Shown here one piece after another: positions 41,240 to 51,833 of a stretch of 64,000 nt of DNA (the stretch's first letter is position 1; each line of letters begins with the position of its first letter). Origin of the DNA: an uncultured virus (IMG/VR IMGVR_UViG_3300039099_000002) (lineage: Duplodnaviria; Heunggongvirae; Uroviricota; Caudoviricetes); the IMG/VR virus record IMGVR_UViG_3300039099_000002. One strand, 5' to 3'. The translations under genes were made by a program, and so were the position numbers. The notes beneath the pieces were generated by a model. The model made no database searches and was not told where the DNA came from. It saw nothing but the letters and a program-made list of their open reading frames with translations.

Positions 41240-44200
41240 TTATGCGATCGCTAATGCAGCCTGTTCTACGGCTTTTAATTCTGGTGTAGTCATGTAATTA
41301 TTATAGGCAGCCAAGAAACTCATATTCCCGATAAATGTGCGATCATTTACACCATCTCCGCCAATACATTGGTATCCCTGGCTGTTAACACGATTACCAA
41401 AGCCTCTGCCTGTGTAAGAAGGGTGTAGTTCCGATCCAATATTCACACTGTCTACTCTTAGTGACGCTTTCCCAGTATTAGGGTTAAAAGTTGCCGAAAC
41501 AACAGCCCAAGTCCCATTTTTTCCGTATTCTTTGAATAGATTATATTGCTGGTTATTCGCACCGTAATTCCCTAGTAATAAACTATTATAAACAAACCCA
41601 AACATAGCTAGATTCCCTAGCGTCAAAATGTATTGAAATACTCTTCCGTTCGTGCGATTAATAACCGCAACGCAGGTAAATCCACGAGATATGTCAATTG
41701 GGCTTGAATCAGGCAAAACAAGCCTTTTGTGATTGTCCGTAAACCTGATTGTCGGCAGACCTCTTCGCAAAGCAGTCCCATCCGATGTTGGATTTTGACC
41801 TGTGGGAGCAACAACGTCATTTCCGTATCCACTCTGATCATTCCAACGAGTGACAATATTCCCAGCGTCAACAATCACCCCAGTATCATGGCGTAGTAGC
41901 AATACAGGTCTGTAGACGTTTGCAAAAGTGGCTTGCGCTGGGGCTATTCGTGGTTCATCGCCTTTAACAATCATGTACTGAGGAATGGTTATTGTTTTAC
42001 CAGCGTCCGCAGAGTTACAGATTAAAGTTCCGGTAGATCCATTCACCACGATTTCGTTAATTGCTGGGACAATAGCATCATTGGTGCGGACTGTCGCTGG
42101 AGTTCCATAGCCTGATATTTGGGCAGAGATAGGAATAACTTCTACATCAAGCCATCTAAAAGAAGGATCTGGGTTAGAACCACCGGCAGAAGATTTGCTC
42201 ACTATTGCAGAATAAGGTTCTGCTGTAGAAATGGTAAGAGTTTCAGATACCGTTATTAATTCCGTTGGGCGCAAGTATGTTGATGCTTTAATTGATACAT
42301 TGTTGATATTGTCTTTTAGTACACCCAAGCAAACCACCTGAGTGTACCAATTCCCAGAAACAAAACCTAAATTACCCAATTCTGTGAAATTAATAGTTAG
42401 TCCATCAATCAAGGTTTCCGTTGCTGCATGAGTCGGCTTGCCAGTTCTAGTAGCTTGAACCCATGCCGTGCCATTCCATGTTGGATCTGCCGACACCCAG
42501 GACGAAGTCCCCGGATTCCAGTGGAATGTCTCCCACACAAAGGGATTAAATACATTGCTCGTGTTTATTCCTGCACCAGTAATTCCTGTTATTCTGTTTT
42601 CGTTTCCATATTTGTATATATAGTCACCGCTTTTATCCTTTTTCGATCCAAAAAATAGTCCATCGCCCAACCAGCAAACACTATCCCATATACTGTTGTA
42701 TCTACTGTCTACCTCTGTCTGGTGCTGAAATAGAGTTGTTTTCCCTTCTTTAATGAATTTACCCGACAAGAGATACCCATTCTCGTCCAATATCGGAGTA
42801 TCTCCTAGCAAGCCACTTGAATCGAAATCATTGCTGACAATCCATTCGCTAGTTGTTGTACCAAAAGTGAGAAGTATCCCTGAGTGTGTCCACGGAGGGG
42901 TGGGGATGCTTGCGCTATACCATTGTCCTTTAGGAGAGGAAACGAGATATTTGGGCGAAGCTTGCCGTAGCGACAAAGCATTTGTATTAGTTGCTCCAGC
43001 AACACCAAATCCGTATCCGTTGGCAATACCACCAGATAAAGTCCACCACCATACAAGCGCGTTGTTATTTGATTGAGTGCCGAATAGAGCTATTCTATTG
43101 GGTGCTGATTTGTCGGCAGTGATAAACCAAAGAGATCGATTGTCGCTTGAGTTGAGGTTTGATAGAGGGAATGTGAAAGTTAAATTTGTGTTCCAGTCTT
43201 GGCTATTTCGCAGGGTGAAAATTGCTCCATCCCAAAATAATGCGTACAGAATATTAGAGAATCCAGCACTAACACTTCGACACCCTGTAGTGACCAAATT
43301 AATAACTGCTGAGGAATTTCCAGGCGTTATTTCCCATAATCCGGTATTGTCACAGGCCGCATATATTTTCCCGGTCGCCAGAACAAATTCCACATGACGA
43401 AGTGCTGTGACAGGCAAGGAAGGTTGTGTGCTGGAGTCCCAATCCTGGTGATCTCCATTGACAAGATTTATTATGCTTATCCCTGTACTGTCATGTCTGA
43501 TAATTTGAGTTTTACTGTAGGCAATATCATGAGTTGTCTCTCCCGTGCCAGCATGATATCTGGGATAAGGCTTTCCGTTTGCAAGATTATTTTGGTGGGT
43601 AAAGATTGTTGCTAGTTCTATGTAATTAAAAGCATTGTCGTTGAAATGTGTCACTCTGCTTCTTTGGAAAACATAAGTAGCAGTACCTATAGAGCCAGAG
43701 TTTAGGATCTCAATTCTGTAAAGTTCGGGAAAATTATCCGCCCAAGAGCCTTGTATATTTGGTTTTCCACTGCCACTAGCCAAGTTGTTGCTATCTTGGA
43801 AAGGTAATGTGGCACTATTCCCATGTGAAAACATATTTTGGAACGGCGTGGATGTAGATTGATAATTAATGCTGCCAAATAGTTTACTTACAGTTCTCCC
43901 GGCGATTCGATCTCTTGACGGTTCTGCTTGATATCCAGTCCCTATCATCGTGTAATATCTGCCTACCGATTTTGTATTTGGCACTGAAGCGACAAAATCA
44001 TATCGAGCTGCACCATACGCCTGTGTATGAACTTCCTCAGAATCATCGCTAAATTTGCGTACACCATCCCCATATACAAAAAAGTTAAGGCAAGACTTAT
44101 TTGCCTCTTTAAAATTGCCATAAAGTAGCGGGAAAACAAAGTTGCGGATAGATGTATAAAAAGCTGAGTTCCACGAAAATCCATTCGCTCTATTTATGGC

Positions 44201-44857
44201 ATAAATCATGTCTTGGGAAATAGCAGGAACATTGTTATAGCCAGAGTAACTGCTAGGAAGCCTGATTCGGTAAGTAACGTCAATGATTTCATTCTTTTTC
44301 TGCTGGATGTTAGAGCCAATATCTATATAAGCCCATACAGCACCAGATGTTCCACTGTTAGCTTGAGCGGCTGTGTGATCAATTGCTGAAGCGATGTTAG
44401 TTAATGCTATCGTTCTGAAAAATCGGTCAAAAGCAATGTTGGAGGGATACAAAGATCCCACAAATCCCAGTCTTTGTGATATTGTTATTTCTTCAACTAT
44501 TCCATCATTATTGAAATCAATATAATTAGTTTTTGGACCAATGTTAATGGTATCCGTACTCGCAGTCCCAATAAAGTTACCAATCCAAAATAAACTACGC
44601 TTCCCATTCCCAGGTGCTTCTGTGGAAAAAGAAATATTAAGTGAGGTTAGCCAAGGCAATATTATTCCTCCATAACCAATGTATTCATTTGCGTATGTAC
44701 TATGTCTAGCGGTATAAGCTTCATTTATGAAACGATCAGTAATTGTATTTTCCTGTGTAATAGTTTGCCGAACCTCAAGAGTTTTAGCGTCTTTAATTTC
44801 TATTGTAAATTCGCCTTCTAATCCACCAAAATAATTAACAATTTGATTATTTTTCAT
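41240..44857 (-). CDS. Large tail/receptor-binding protein with C-terminal LamG/ConA-like domain
   Basis: 1205 aa; N-terminal GEFTIEI...QENTITD; C-terminal VTRWNDQSGYGN...IGG...FIGNMS.LAAYN. Confidence 0.75.
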   Translation of the reverse strand: MKNNQIVNYFGGLEGEFTIEIKDAKTLEVRQTITQENTITDRFINEAYTARHSTYANEYIGYGGIILPWLTSLNISFSTEAPGNGKRSLFWIGNFIGTASTDTINIGPKTNYIDFNNDGIVEEITISQRLGFVGSLYPSNIAFDRFFRTIALTNIASAIDHTAAQANSGTSGAVWAYIDIGSNIQQKKNEIIDVTYRIRLPSSYSGYNNVPAISQDMIYAINRANGFSWNSAFYTSIRNFVFPLLYGNFKEANKSCLNFFVYGDGVRKFSDDSEEVHTQAYGAARYDFVASVPNTKSVGRYYTMIGTGYQAEPSRDRIAGRTVSKLFGSINYQSTSTPFQNMFSHGNSATLPFQDSNNLASGSGKPNIQGSWADNFPELYRIEILNSGSIGTATYVFQRSRVTHFNDNAFNYIELATIFTHQNNLANGKPYPRYHAGTGETTHDIAYSKTQIIRHDSTGISIINLVNGDHQDWDSSTQPSLPVTALRHVEFVLATGKIYAACDNTGLWEITPGNSSAVINLVTTGCRSVSAGFSNILYALFWDGAIFTLRNSQDWNTNLTFTFPLSNLNSSDNRSLWFITADKSAPNRIALFGTQSNNNALVWWWTLSGGIANGYGFGVAGATNTNALSLRQASPKYLVSSPKGQWYSASIPTPPWTHSGILLTFGTTTSEWIVSNDFDSSGLLGDTPILDENGYLLSGKFIKEGKTTLFQHQTEVDSRYNSIWDSVCWLGDGLFFGSKKDKSGDYIYKYGNENRITGITGAGINTSNVFNPFVWETFHWNPGTSSWVSADPTWNGTAWVQATRTGKPTHAATETLIDGLTINFTELGNLGFVSGNWYTQVVCLGVLKDNINNVSIKASTYLRPTELITVSETLTISTAEPYSAIVSKSSAGGSNPDPSFRWLDVEVIPISAQISGYGTPATVRTNDAIVPAINEIVVNGSTGTLICNSADAGKTITIPQYMIVKGDEPRIAPAQATFANVYRPVLLLRHDTGVIVDAGNIVTRWNDQSGYGNDVVAPTGQNPTSDGTALRRGLPTIRFTDNHKRLVLPDSSPIDISRGFTCVAVINRTNGRVFQYILTLGNLAMFGFVYNSLLLGNYGANNQQYNLFKEYGKNGTWAVVSATFNPNTGKASLRVDSVNIGSELHPSYTGRGFGNRVNSQGYQCIGGDGVNDRTFIGNMSFLAAYNNYMTTPELKAVEQAALAIA

Positions 44858-44863
44858 GATTTT

Positions 44864-45616
44864 TTAGTTAAAAATTGTTCCTGCTGTAGACCAAGTATAC
44901 TGATTATTTGTTGTTGTTGTAGAGCTAATAAAGCTAGAGGTCTCTGCTATTTCGCCTAACGCATCTCTTTGAGAAATAGATGTAAAGAAGAAAACATCAT
45001 TATTTGTCGTTGTAGTCTCAACTGGAAAAATTGAAGCCTCAAGCAGCGGTGATTCATAGGATTGGGTTGAAATTCCCGTATAGAAATAAACATCAGAATT
45101 TATGATTGAATTAACTCCAGCAAAGATGGATGCTTCAGCAGCTAATCCAGACACAACACCCGCTCCTATGAATCCAAGATCGGAAGGAGCTTCGTAAATT
45201 GGACTTGTTTTTATTTCCTGGTTTACATAATTATCAGCCTTGAAATATCCGACCAATCTGTAATTAGCTTTTACTCCAAAAATCCTCCTAAATATCATAT
45301 CTGTAGAAGTGTGGTAAAGCTTGTATTCCCCATCTAAATTCGCCCACACCTCTACTTTTGTTAAAAATTGACTCAGAAGTGACGGCATTACGAAATATGC
45401 TGGTAGTTTTAGTGGGTCTGGCAAAACTATGATTGATGAATCAATTGCATCAATCCTTGGTAATGGATGTGAGCCAAGAATTAGCTGAGGTAATGCCATC
45501 GCATCTGGCGTAATTTCTAATAATTGATTTTGCAATATAGAAGGGACGGGCAAAGGCGCATAAAGTTTTTTATTGAAACCAATATCTGGGCGTTTCCACA
45601 AAAGATGTCTAAACAT
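44864..45616 (-). CDS. Probable virion/baseplate protein
   Basis: In an operon with tail genes. Confidence 0.55.
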   Translation of the reverse strand: MFRHLLWKRPDIGFNKKLYAPLPVPSILQNQLLEITPDAMALPQLILGSHPLPRIDAIDSSIIVLPDPLKLPAYFVMPSLLSQFLTKVEVWANLDGEYKLYHTSTDMIFRRIFGVKANYRLVGYFKADNYVNQEIKTSPIYEAPSDLGFIGAGVVSGLAAEASIFAGVNSIINSDVYFYTGISTQSYESPLLEASIFPVETTTTNNDVFFFTSISQRDALGEIAETSSFISSTTTTNNQYTWSTAGTIFN

Positions 45617-45618
45617 AA

Positions 45619-47076
45619 TCAGAAATCATTATTCATTACACAATACAAAATGTTGTCGCATGCAAACGAAGATATAATATCAACGCCATCAATCGTAAAT
45701 TCTGGAACTAATTTATTTGCAAACTTAAAAACACTTGGATCTAGTGTTAAGTTTCTGTCAAAACTATCTGAAAAAAACATAAAAATATAGCTCGCGCCTT
45801 GTACAAAATTTGTGCAAGTCAAGAAAGCATTAGAAAGATTTAAATTCACAATAAAGATATTGTTTTTGCCTAAATTTATGGACGTATTCGCTACTAGAGT
45901 GACGTTTACAATTGAAAATGGCGCAGAATTTAAAACTCCCAATACGTTTATTGTAAAATCATTACCGACAATGACACCACCAAGTGTTGATGTTGTGGCA
46001 ATTGGTATGTCTAAATTAATATTGTCCTGGATATAATTTATGTCAACGGCAGTTAAGCCAGTGGCATCAACATCAAGCCCGTCGCCGACAATGATACCAC
46101 CAAGTGCTGATGTTGTGGCAATTGGTATGTCTAAATTAATATTGTCCTGGATATAATTTATGTCAACGGCAGTTAAGCCAGTGGCATCAACATCAAGCCC
46201 GTCGCCGACAATGATACCACCAAGTGCTGATGTTGTGGCAATTGGTATGTCTAAATTAATATTGTCCTGGATATAATTTATGTCAACGGCAGTTAAGCCA
46301 GTGGCATCAACATCAAGCCCGTCGCCGACAATGACACCACCAAGTGTTGATGTTGTGGCAGGAACTAGGCCTCCACCTCCGTTGAATATTAAGTCAACGG
46401 GTATCCATTTTGAGCGATCGCTTGGTAATATGCCAACAATTCCATCATCTCTGCACACATAGCGGAAACCATTGTAAAGAACGGTATTTCCGACTCTGTA
46501 TAGCTGAGTCCCGCTATAGTTTGATGTTGGAATTACTATTTCTAACATTGTCGCTAAAAATGCGGGATCTTTTTTAAGAATGTCTGCCACTTGCTTTGCC
46601 GTTTGAGGAGTTCTATCGTTCCAAAATCCAGTTTTTTCTAGGTCTGCAAAATCAACAGAATTCTTGTTGGGTATGGCAGCATAAAAAACCGGTTCTACCT
46701 CTACCTCTTCTGTATTGGTTTTCTTGTTTAAATGTATACTTTCATTTGTCCAAACATATCCAACATAATATTCGTTTTCGTGAAGAATATACGGCAACTC
46801 GCCATCGTAACCATAGAAGTCACCATTGTCATAGTAAAAAGAGTTCGTGGTTGCTTTCTGAAAAATAGAAAAACTGTAAACCTGTTTTCTAGTTTCGGAT
46901 TCAGGAAGTTCTAGTGAAAATCTTCCATTTATAATTTCGGCATCAAACTGAAGGGGAAGTGAAACTTTTTTTGGAGACTGAACACCGGAAATTAGCGGCT
47001 GTAAAAGCTGAATTCTCAGAAAGCCGTTTATTGGATTTGACCCAGCATCTGCTATGTTTCCGCTTAAAAGTGTCAT
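45619..47076 (-). CDS. Tail-fibre-like protein with 40-aa internal repeats
   Basis: PIATTSALGGIIVGDGLDVDATG repeats; YRVGNTVLYNGFRY carbohydrate-binding-like motif. Confidence 0.7.
   Translation of the reverse strand: MTLLSGNIADAGSNPINGFLRIQLLQPLISGVQSPKKVSLPLQFDAEIINGRFSLELPESETRKQVYSFSIFQKATTNSFYYDNGDFYGYDGELPYILHENEYYVGYVWTNESIHLNKKTNTEEVEVEPVFYAAIPNKNSVDFADLEKTGFWNDRTPQTAKQVADILKKDPAFLATMLEIVIPTSNYSGTQLYRVGNTVLYNGFRYVCRDDGIVGILPSDRSKWIPVDLIFNGGGGLVPATTSTLGGVIVGDGLDVDATGLTAVDINYIQDNINLDIPIATTSALGGIIVGDGLDVDATGLTAVDINYIQDNINLDIPIATTSALGGIIVGDGLDVDATGLTAVDINYIQDNINLDIPIATTSTLGGVIVGNDFTINVLGVLNSAPFSIVNVTLVANTSINLGKNNIFIVNLNLSNAFLTCTNFVQGASYIFMFFSDSFDRNLTLDPSVFKFANKLVPEFTIDGVDIISSFACDNILYCVMNNDF
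45965..46360. repeat. 120-bp near-perfect tandem repeat, about 3.3 copies
   Basis: ccgacaatga...gtggca recurs at 45965, 46085, 46205 and 46325. Confidence 0.95.
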
Positions 47077-47127
47077 AAATATAAAATTATTTGTAAAATT
47101 ATTATATTATTTTAGCGCAAAATTATC

Positions 47128-47478
47128 ATGGTAGAAAGAGCAACACCAAAATATCCAATACAGGTTTCAAATGGCAGAATTATGCTTTCTACAGGAACAG
47201 ATATTGAGAAGGATGCCATATTTAGCGTACTGGAAACAAGACAATATGAGCGTGTTATGCGACCACTTTCCTATGGAACTAAAAGCTATATTTTCGATAC
47301 AACCTCTGCTACATCTGTAATACCCGCGAGGGTTGAGGTGGCACTGCGATCGCAAATACCAAACCTTAGTAAAATCCAGGTCACCGGAAGCTTTGATGAA
47401 AGTGGTGTTCAACAATTAAAAATTTATTGGGAGGACAAGGATTTTAGGAAAAACGATCTCAAGCTATCTGTCTCTTAG
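47128..47478 (+). CDS. gp25-like baseplate wedge protein
   Basis: YPIQV...SVLETRQYERVMRP.SYG motif. Confidence 0.8.
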   Translation: MVERATPKYPIQVSNGRIMLSTGTDIEKDAIFSVLETRQYERVMRPLSYGTKSYIFDTTSATSVIPARVEVALRSQIPNLSKIQVTGSFDESGVQQLKIYWEDKDFRKNDLKLSVS

Positions 47479-47482
47479 TTTC

Positions 47483-47821
47483 GTGTTACAGACGTATTAC
47501 AAGAGTTTTAAATACAGGCGTGTGTTTGCACAATATATTGATTTTAATCAAAAATAAAGTAAAGGGAAGATGATCACTTTCTTATAGGAAACTGCCCTTT
47601 TTTCTTTGTATCTTCCCTTTACTTTTGACACGCTTTATGTTATACTCCGCCACAGATTTTTCAACGAGAGAATGCGGGTTTGAGGCGTGTTACAAGATTC
47701 GTGTTTTGGCGGCATTGTGACAGGTTGGAAGCGAATGCCAGTTTTGTGGTTTTGGGGACGGCGTTGGGGAGAATGCAACTAAAACCGGAAACCTTGCTGT
47801 GCGGGGATTACAATATGTTTC
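47483..47821 (+). repeat. Dispersed element copy F: head and 1 unit, no left promoter; rightward promoter at 47894-47922
   Basis: Same head sequence as the other copies. Confidence 0.92.
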
Positions 47822-47954
47822 TAGCCTGTGTGGATATATCGGCACACCAAATTTTTAGCGTGATCGCAACATAAAAATATTTTTCAGAAACACTTGACTT
47901 TTGTTGTTAGCCATAGTATTATATTTACAGAAACAAACACAGAAAGAGAGAAAT

Positions 47955-48178
47955 ATGGTAGGCAAAAAATCACAAAAGTAACCCAAGAGAATTATGACAC
48001 CGTGTGGGAAAAGCTAGAGGTTGGCGACATTATTACATGGAGCAAACAGTTTGCGTTCCATGATATGAAATTCCACTGTAGGAGAATTACGGACGACAAA
48101 AAAAGCTGTATGCAGACTGGCACAACAGGCAGTAAGTCGGCAGTAATATGTTTAGTAAAAGAGAAAAAAGCGGCTTAA
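47955..48178 (+). pseudogene. Small gene with an apparent frameshift in an A-run just after the ATG
   Basis: ATG 47955 is out of frame with the long ORF; one extra A would restore MVGKKITKV. Confidence 0.4.
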
Positions 48179-48290
48179 CCTTTATGTAAAAGTCAAGCTG
48201 TATTTCACAAATTAATTTATAAAATACAGCTTGACTTTTATTGTTGTCCACAGTAATATAGATGCAGTAGAAAAAAACAAAAAAACGAAA

Positions 48291-48569
48291 ATGAGTAAAA
48301 CACAAATTACGCACGAAGATGCTACAACGGAATTGTTAAGGGGGAAACAAATAATAGTAAAAATTCACGATGGTGAATTTAAATACAAATTTGTGACAGG
48401 CTCTAGCGACACTTCATACTTAGAGATAATTTCTCCCAATGGCAGCTTATTTAGTAAACGGGCTATCGAAAGGACTGATCTTCCTAAGAGAATGGAAGAA
48501 GCAAATTCTCTTCCTCACGTTACATTTTGGACAAAAGATATAGTTGTACAAGAAGCGGAGAAATTATGA
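48291..48569 (+). CDS. Hypothetical protein
   Basis: Follows promoter 48231-48259 and an A/C-rich leader. Confidence 0.65.
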   Translation: MSKTQITHEDATTELLRGKQIIVKIHDGEFKYKFVTGSSDTSYLEIISPNGSLFSKRAIERTDLPKRMEEANSLPHVTFWTKDIVVQEAEKL

Positions 48570-48805
48570 AAAAAACAAGGCGACAATTAACGCCTCAAGA
48601 ACATAGACTTAGGGAGTATGTATTGGTTTTAAAAGACTTGCAGACTTTAGTAAATATGGAGTTAGAAAATTTTTATGAAATTCCAACAACTAAAGACTTG
48701 TTGCCTCCATTAAAATCAGTTCCAGAAACTGCTCTAAGGTTAATAGTTGCATCGGAAAGATATAGAGGGTTTCTGGAAGCGCAAGAAGGGAAAGAAAGTC
48801 TCTGA
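48566..48805 (+). CDS. Hypothetical protein
   Basis: ATGA overlap with the upstream gene. Confidence 0.6.
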   Translation: MKKTRRQLTPQEHRLREYVLVLKDLQTLVNMELENFYEIPTTKDLLPPLKSVPETALRLIVASERYRGFLEAQEGKESL

Positions 48806-49052
48806 TTCTCTGTAATAATTTCGATAGCAGCATTAAAAAGCTGGCAAGCTGATTTAACAGTTTTTAACTGGTCAGCCTCACACACAATAATAATCCCACA
48901 CGCAGGTATTTTAGATTGAATCCCCATAGACTCAAGTGCTTTAACTATCGCTAGAGCATTGGTGTATGAACCTGCGGAAATAAAAACAATTTACGTACAT
49001 ATATTTTAATGTAGTATAACGTTATTATAATAGCGTTATACTACATTAAAAT

Positions 49053-50624
49053 ATGAAAACAATAACCCCTAACTTTGACCATTTTACGCAACTAAACAAG
49101 CTTCAGAAGAATTGTGATGTTTATATTAAAAATAATTATCAAACCGTAAAAGACCCGCAAACAGAAGAGAAAAAGCTTCTTTATGAAAGTTCATTGTATG
49201 AGTTTTTTAAGGCATCTTGGCACGTAATTGAGCCAGGGAAAGACATATATTTAAATTGGCATCAAGAGGCTATATGCGAATACTTAGAGTATTTTAACAA
49301 AGGGCATATTAATAAATTATTAATAAATATAGCACCAAGACACCTTAAAAGCATTATTGTTACGATTAATTTTCCTGTTTGGGAATGGTTATCAGATCCC
49401 ACGCTTAGATATTTGTGCTTGTCATACTCATCAAGATTGAGCGTGAAGCATAATTTGAAGCGCAGAACGATCATTAGATCAAACTGGTTTCAGAGTTTGT
49501 GGGGACACAAATTCGAGTTAAGTGGCGACAACAACCTTAAAACTGAATTTTCCAACAACTTCCAGGGTCAAATGTTTGCCTCATCGTTTGGAGGAACTGT
49601 TCTTGGGGAAGGGGGCGATCGCATTATTGTTGATGACCCTCATCACCCCGAAGAATTGGAATCTGACAATGTGCGCGAAGGAACTGTCTCTGAGTTTGAT
49701 GATGTCGTCGGAACGCGGCTTAATGACCCCAACAAAGGGGGAATTATAACGGTTATGCAAAGATTACACGATAAAGATATTTCAGGGCATACGTTGGCAG
49801 AAATCGGGGGATACACCCACTTATGCTTACCAACTATAGCCGAGGAAGACCAGCGGATTATATTCCCAATGTCTGGCAGGTATGTTGACAGAAAAAAAGG
49901 AACTCTTTTACATGAGGAGCGTTTTGGTTGGTCAAAAGTCAAAGATGCTCAAAAAGTCCTTGGTTCTTACAAGTTCGCAGGTAGACATCAACAGCGACCA
50001 GTCCCTGCTTCCGGTGGTATTGTTTCGCCAGAATGGATTGTAAGGTACAAAAACTTACCGGCATTAAAAAGAATTATACAAAGTTGGGACACAGCCCAAA
50101 AAGACAAAACAGAGAACGACAATTGGGCTTGCACAACCTGGGGTGAAAGCTATGATCGAGACTATTATTTAATTCACAGTTTTATTGGAAAATTTGATTA
50201 TGTGAAGGGCAAAAGAGCATTCTGTAGTTTGTACGAGTCCTTCTTGCCGGATGTCATTTTGATAGAAGATAAATCTACTGGCTCAAGCCTTATTCAAGAG
50301 GCAAGAAAACCTATAATTTTAGATGGTGGGGAAAAAATAATCAAAATTGACTCCTGGATAGTTGGCATAATTCCCAAACAAAACAAAGAAGTTAGAATGG
50401 AGGTCGAGGCTACAGCTTACGAGAACAAGCGTGTACATCATCCGTATGATTCTCCCTGGTTAGCAGAATACGAGAGGGATTTATTTAATTTTCCCAAGGG
50501 AGTAAAAGACAGTATTGATAGTACAAGTCAGTTTTTGGGCTGGGTTCGCCAAAATATCCGCGATGGTGTTGCCAACGCAAGTTCAGAAAGCGAAACCGAG
50601 AACATTCTGCAAATGTTGAGATAA
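49053..50624 (+). CDS. terL: Terminase large subunit
   Basis: LLINIAPRHLKS, IIVDDPH, VMQRLH, QQRP, QSWDTA, IEDKSTG and FPKG.KDSIDS motifs. Confidence 0.93.
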   Translation: MKTITPNFDHFTQLNKLQKNCDVYIKNNYQTVKDPQTEEKKLLYESSLYEFFKASWHVIEPGKDIYLNWHQEAICEYLEYFNKGHINKLLINIAPRHLKSIIVTINFPVWEWLSDPTLRYLCLSYSSRLSVKHNLKRRTIIRSNWFQSLWGHKFELSGDNNLKTEFSNNFQGQMFASSFGGTVLGEGGDRIIVDDPHHPEELESDNVREGTVSEFDDVVGTRLNDPNKGGIITVMQRLHDKDISGHTLAEIGGYTHLCLPTIAEEDQRIIFPMSGRYVDRKKGTLLHEERFGWSKVKDAQKVLGSYKFAGRHQQRPVPASGGIVSPEWIVRYKNLPALKRIIQSWDTAQKDKTENDNWACTTWGESYDRDYYLIHSFIGKFDYVKGKRAFCSLYESFLPDVILIEDKSTGSSLIQEARKPIILDGGEKIIKIDSWIVGIIPKQNKEVRMEVEATAYENKRVHHPYDSPWLAEYERDLFNFPKGVKDSIDSTSQFLGWVRQNIRDGVANASSESETENILQMLR

Positions 50625-50688
50625 AAAATAATCGTGAATTAAATTTAATTCACGATTATTGTATAATCAGCTATTTTATTGTAGATAA

Positions 50689-51129
50689 TTAATACAGAAA
50701 ATGTATAGAGCATTGGATAACCTCAATGCCTAAAACACTTTTAACTTTCAAAATCTTGGTGAAACTAGAATTAGCATATCCATTAGCCTCATCACGCTGC
50801 ACCTGTTGTTCCTTCACATTTAAAAGTTCTGCTAATTGTCCCTGAGTTAAACCACGAAAAATCCGGGCTTTAATAAGTGCTTCTGGTAATTCTTCTAAAG
50901 ACTTACATTCCAACCTATCTATTTTCCTTGATTTGAGGTTTTCATATTCCTCCACTTGTTCTAATAGTTCTTCTATTTCACCATTAAGTGAACCTAGATA
51001 TGATTGATGTCGTAACTTTTCATTTTCATTATCTTGTGGGGGTACTTTTTTTTCCAGATTTTCTGTTGCTGATTGAAATTTTTTAATCTGAGATTTAGCA
51101 ATCATGTATTGGCGTTCATTTAAGATCAT
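50689..51129 (-). CDS. XRE-family HTH regulator / antitoxin-like protein
   Basis: MILNERQY...LPEALIKARIFRGLTQGQLAELLNVKEQQVQRDEA. Confidence 0.85.
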   Translation of the reverse strand: MILNERQYMIAKSQIKKFQSATENLEKKVPPQDNENEKLRHQSYLGSLNGEIEELLEQVEEYENLKSRKIDRLECKSLEELPEALIKARIFRGLTQGQLAELLNVKEQQVQRDEANGYANSSFTKILKVKSVLGIEVIQCSIHFLY

Positions 51130-51392
51130 GGTTAGCGTCCTTAGTTAGTATTTGTTCTGTATAGAGATATCATGCTTTAACAATTACCATTGTTCAAGCG
51201 GAAGACTGTAATCTAGAGTTTCAAGCCCGTTATGCCAAGGAACTGTTTTAAAGTTTTGCAGAATAGCACTGATCTTTTCATTTCTTGTGAGTTCTTTGCT
51301 TTTTGGTGCTGACATATATTTTTGTTTTTGCTTGTGTTTTTTGCTTCTTTATATAGCATATACCACTGGATAACAAAAGTCAACAAAATACT

Positions 51393-51833
51393 TTATGCAC
51401 TGTTCTCGTTCATTGACAAATTTTTGATTGATTTTATGCAATTTTCAGCATAAGAAGAATCATAAAGTTTTCCTGCTGGTATTCTTACGACAACAAAGCC
51501 ATTACGAGCAAACAAAGAGTTGCGTATAGCATCCTTAACTTCGTCTTGATGGTATGCAGCACCATCAATTTCAACGACTATTTTTTTAGCACCAAAGATT
51601 AAAAAATCTGCCTCTCTGAACGCAAAAGATCCGTCACGTTGTTGAAGCTGCATTCTTACGTTTACGCCAAATACAAAACCAGCGTCTCGCAGCATTTCGG
51701 CAAACTTTACCTCTGCGGGTGAACGGAATATAAAAAAGGAGGTTAGGTCATTCTTATCAAAGCCTCCTTGTTCTACAATTTGTTGTGATTTTAATTCGAG
51801 TGTTTCTCTGGTTTCGTGTATTGTGTTGTTCAT
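51393..51833 (-). CDS. DUF559/Vsr-like PD-(D/E)xK endonuclease
   Basis: SPAE...ADFL...VEIDGAAYH...D..RN...GFVVVRI. Confidence 0.8.
   Translation of the reverse strand: MNNTIHETRETLELKSQQIVEQGGFDKNDLTSFFIFRSPAEVKFAEMLRDAGFVFGVNVRMQLQQRDGSFAFREADFLIFGAKKIVVEIDGAAYHQDEVKDAIRNSLFARNGFVVVRIPAGKLYDSSYAENCIKSIKNLSMNENSA

Noticed and set aside
41240..47076. Diversity-generating retroelement acting on tail fibres
   Set aside because: No reverse transcriptase and no template/variable repeat pair with adenine-specific differences were seen
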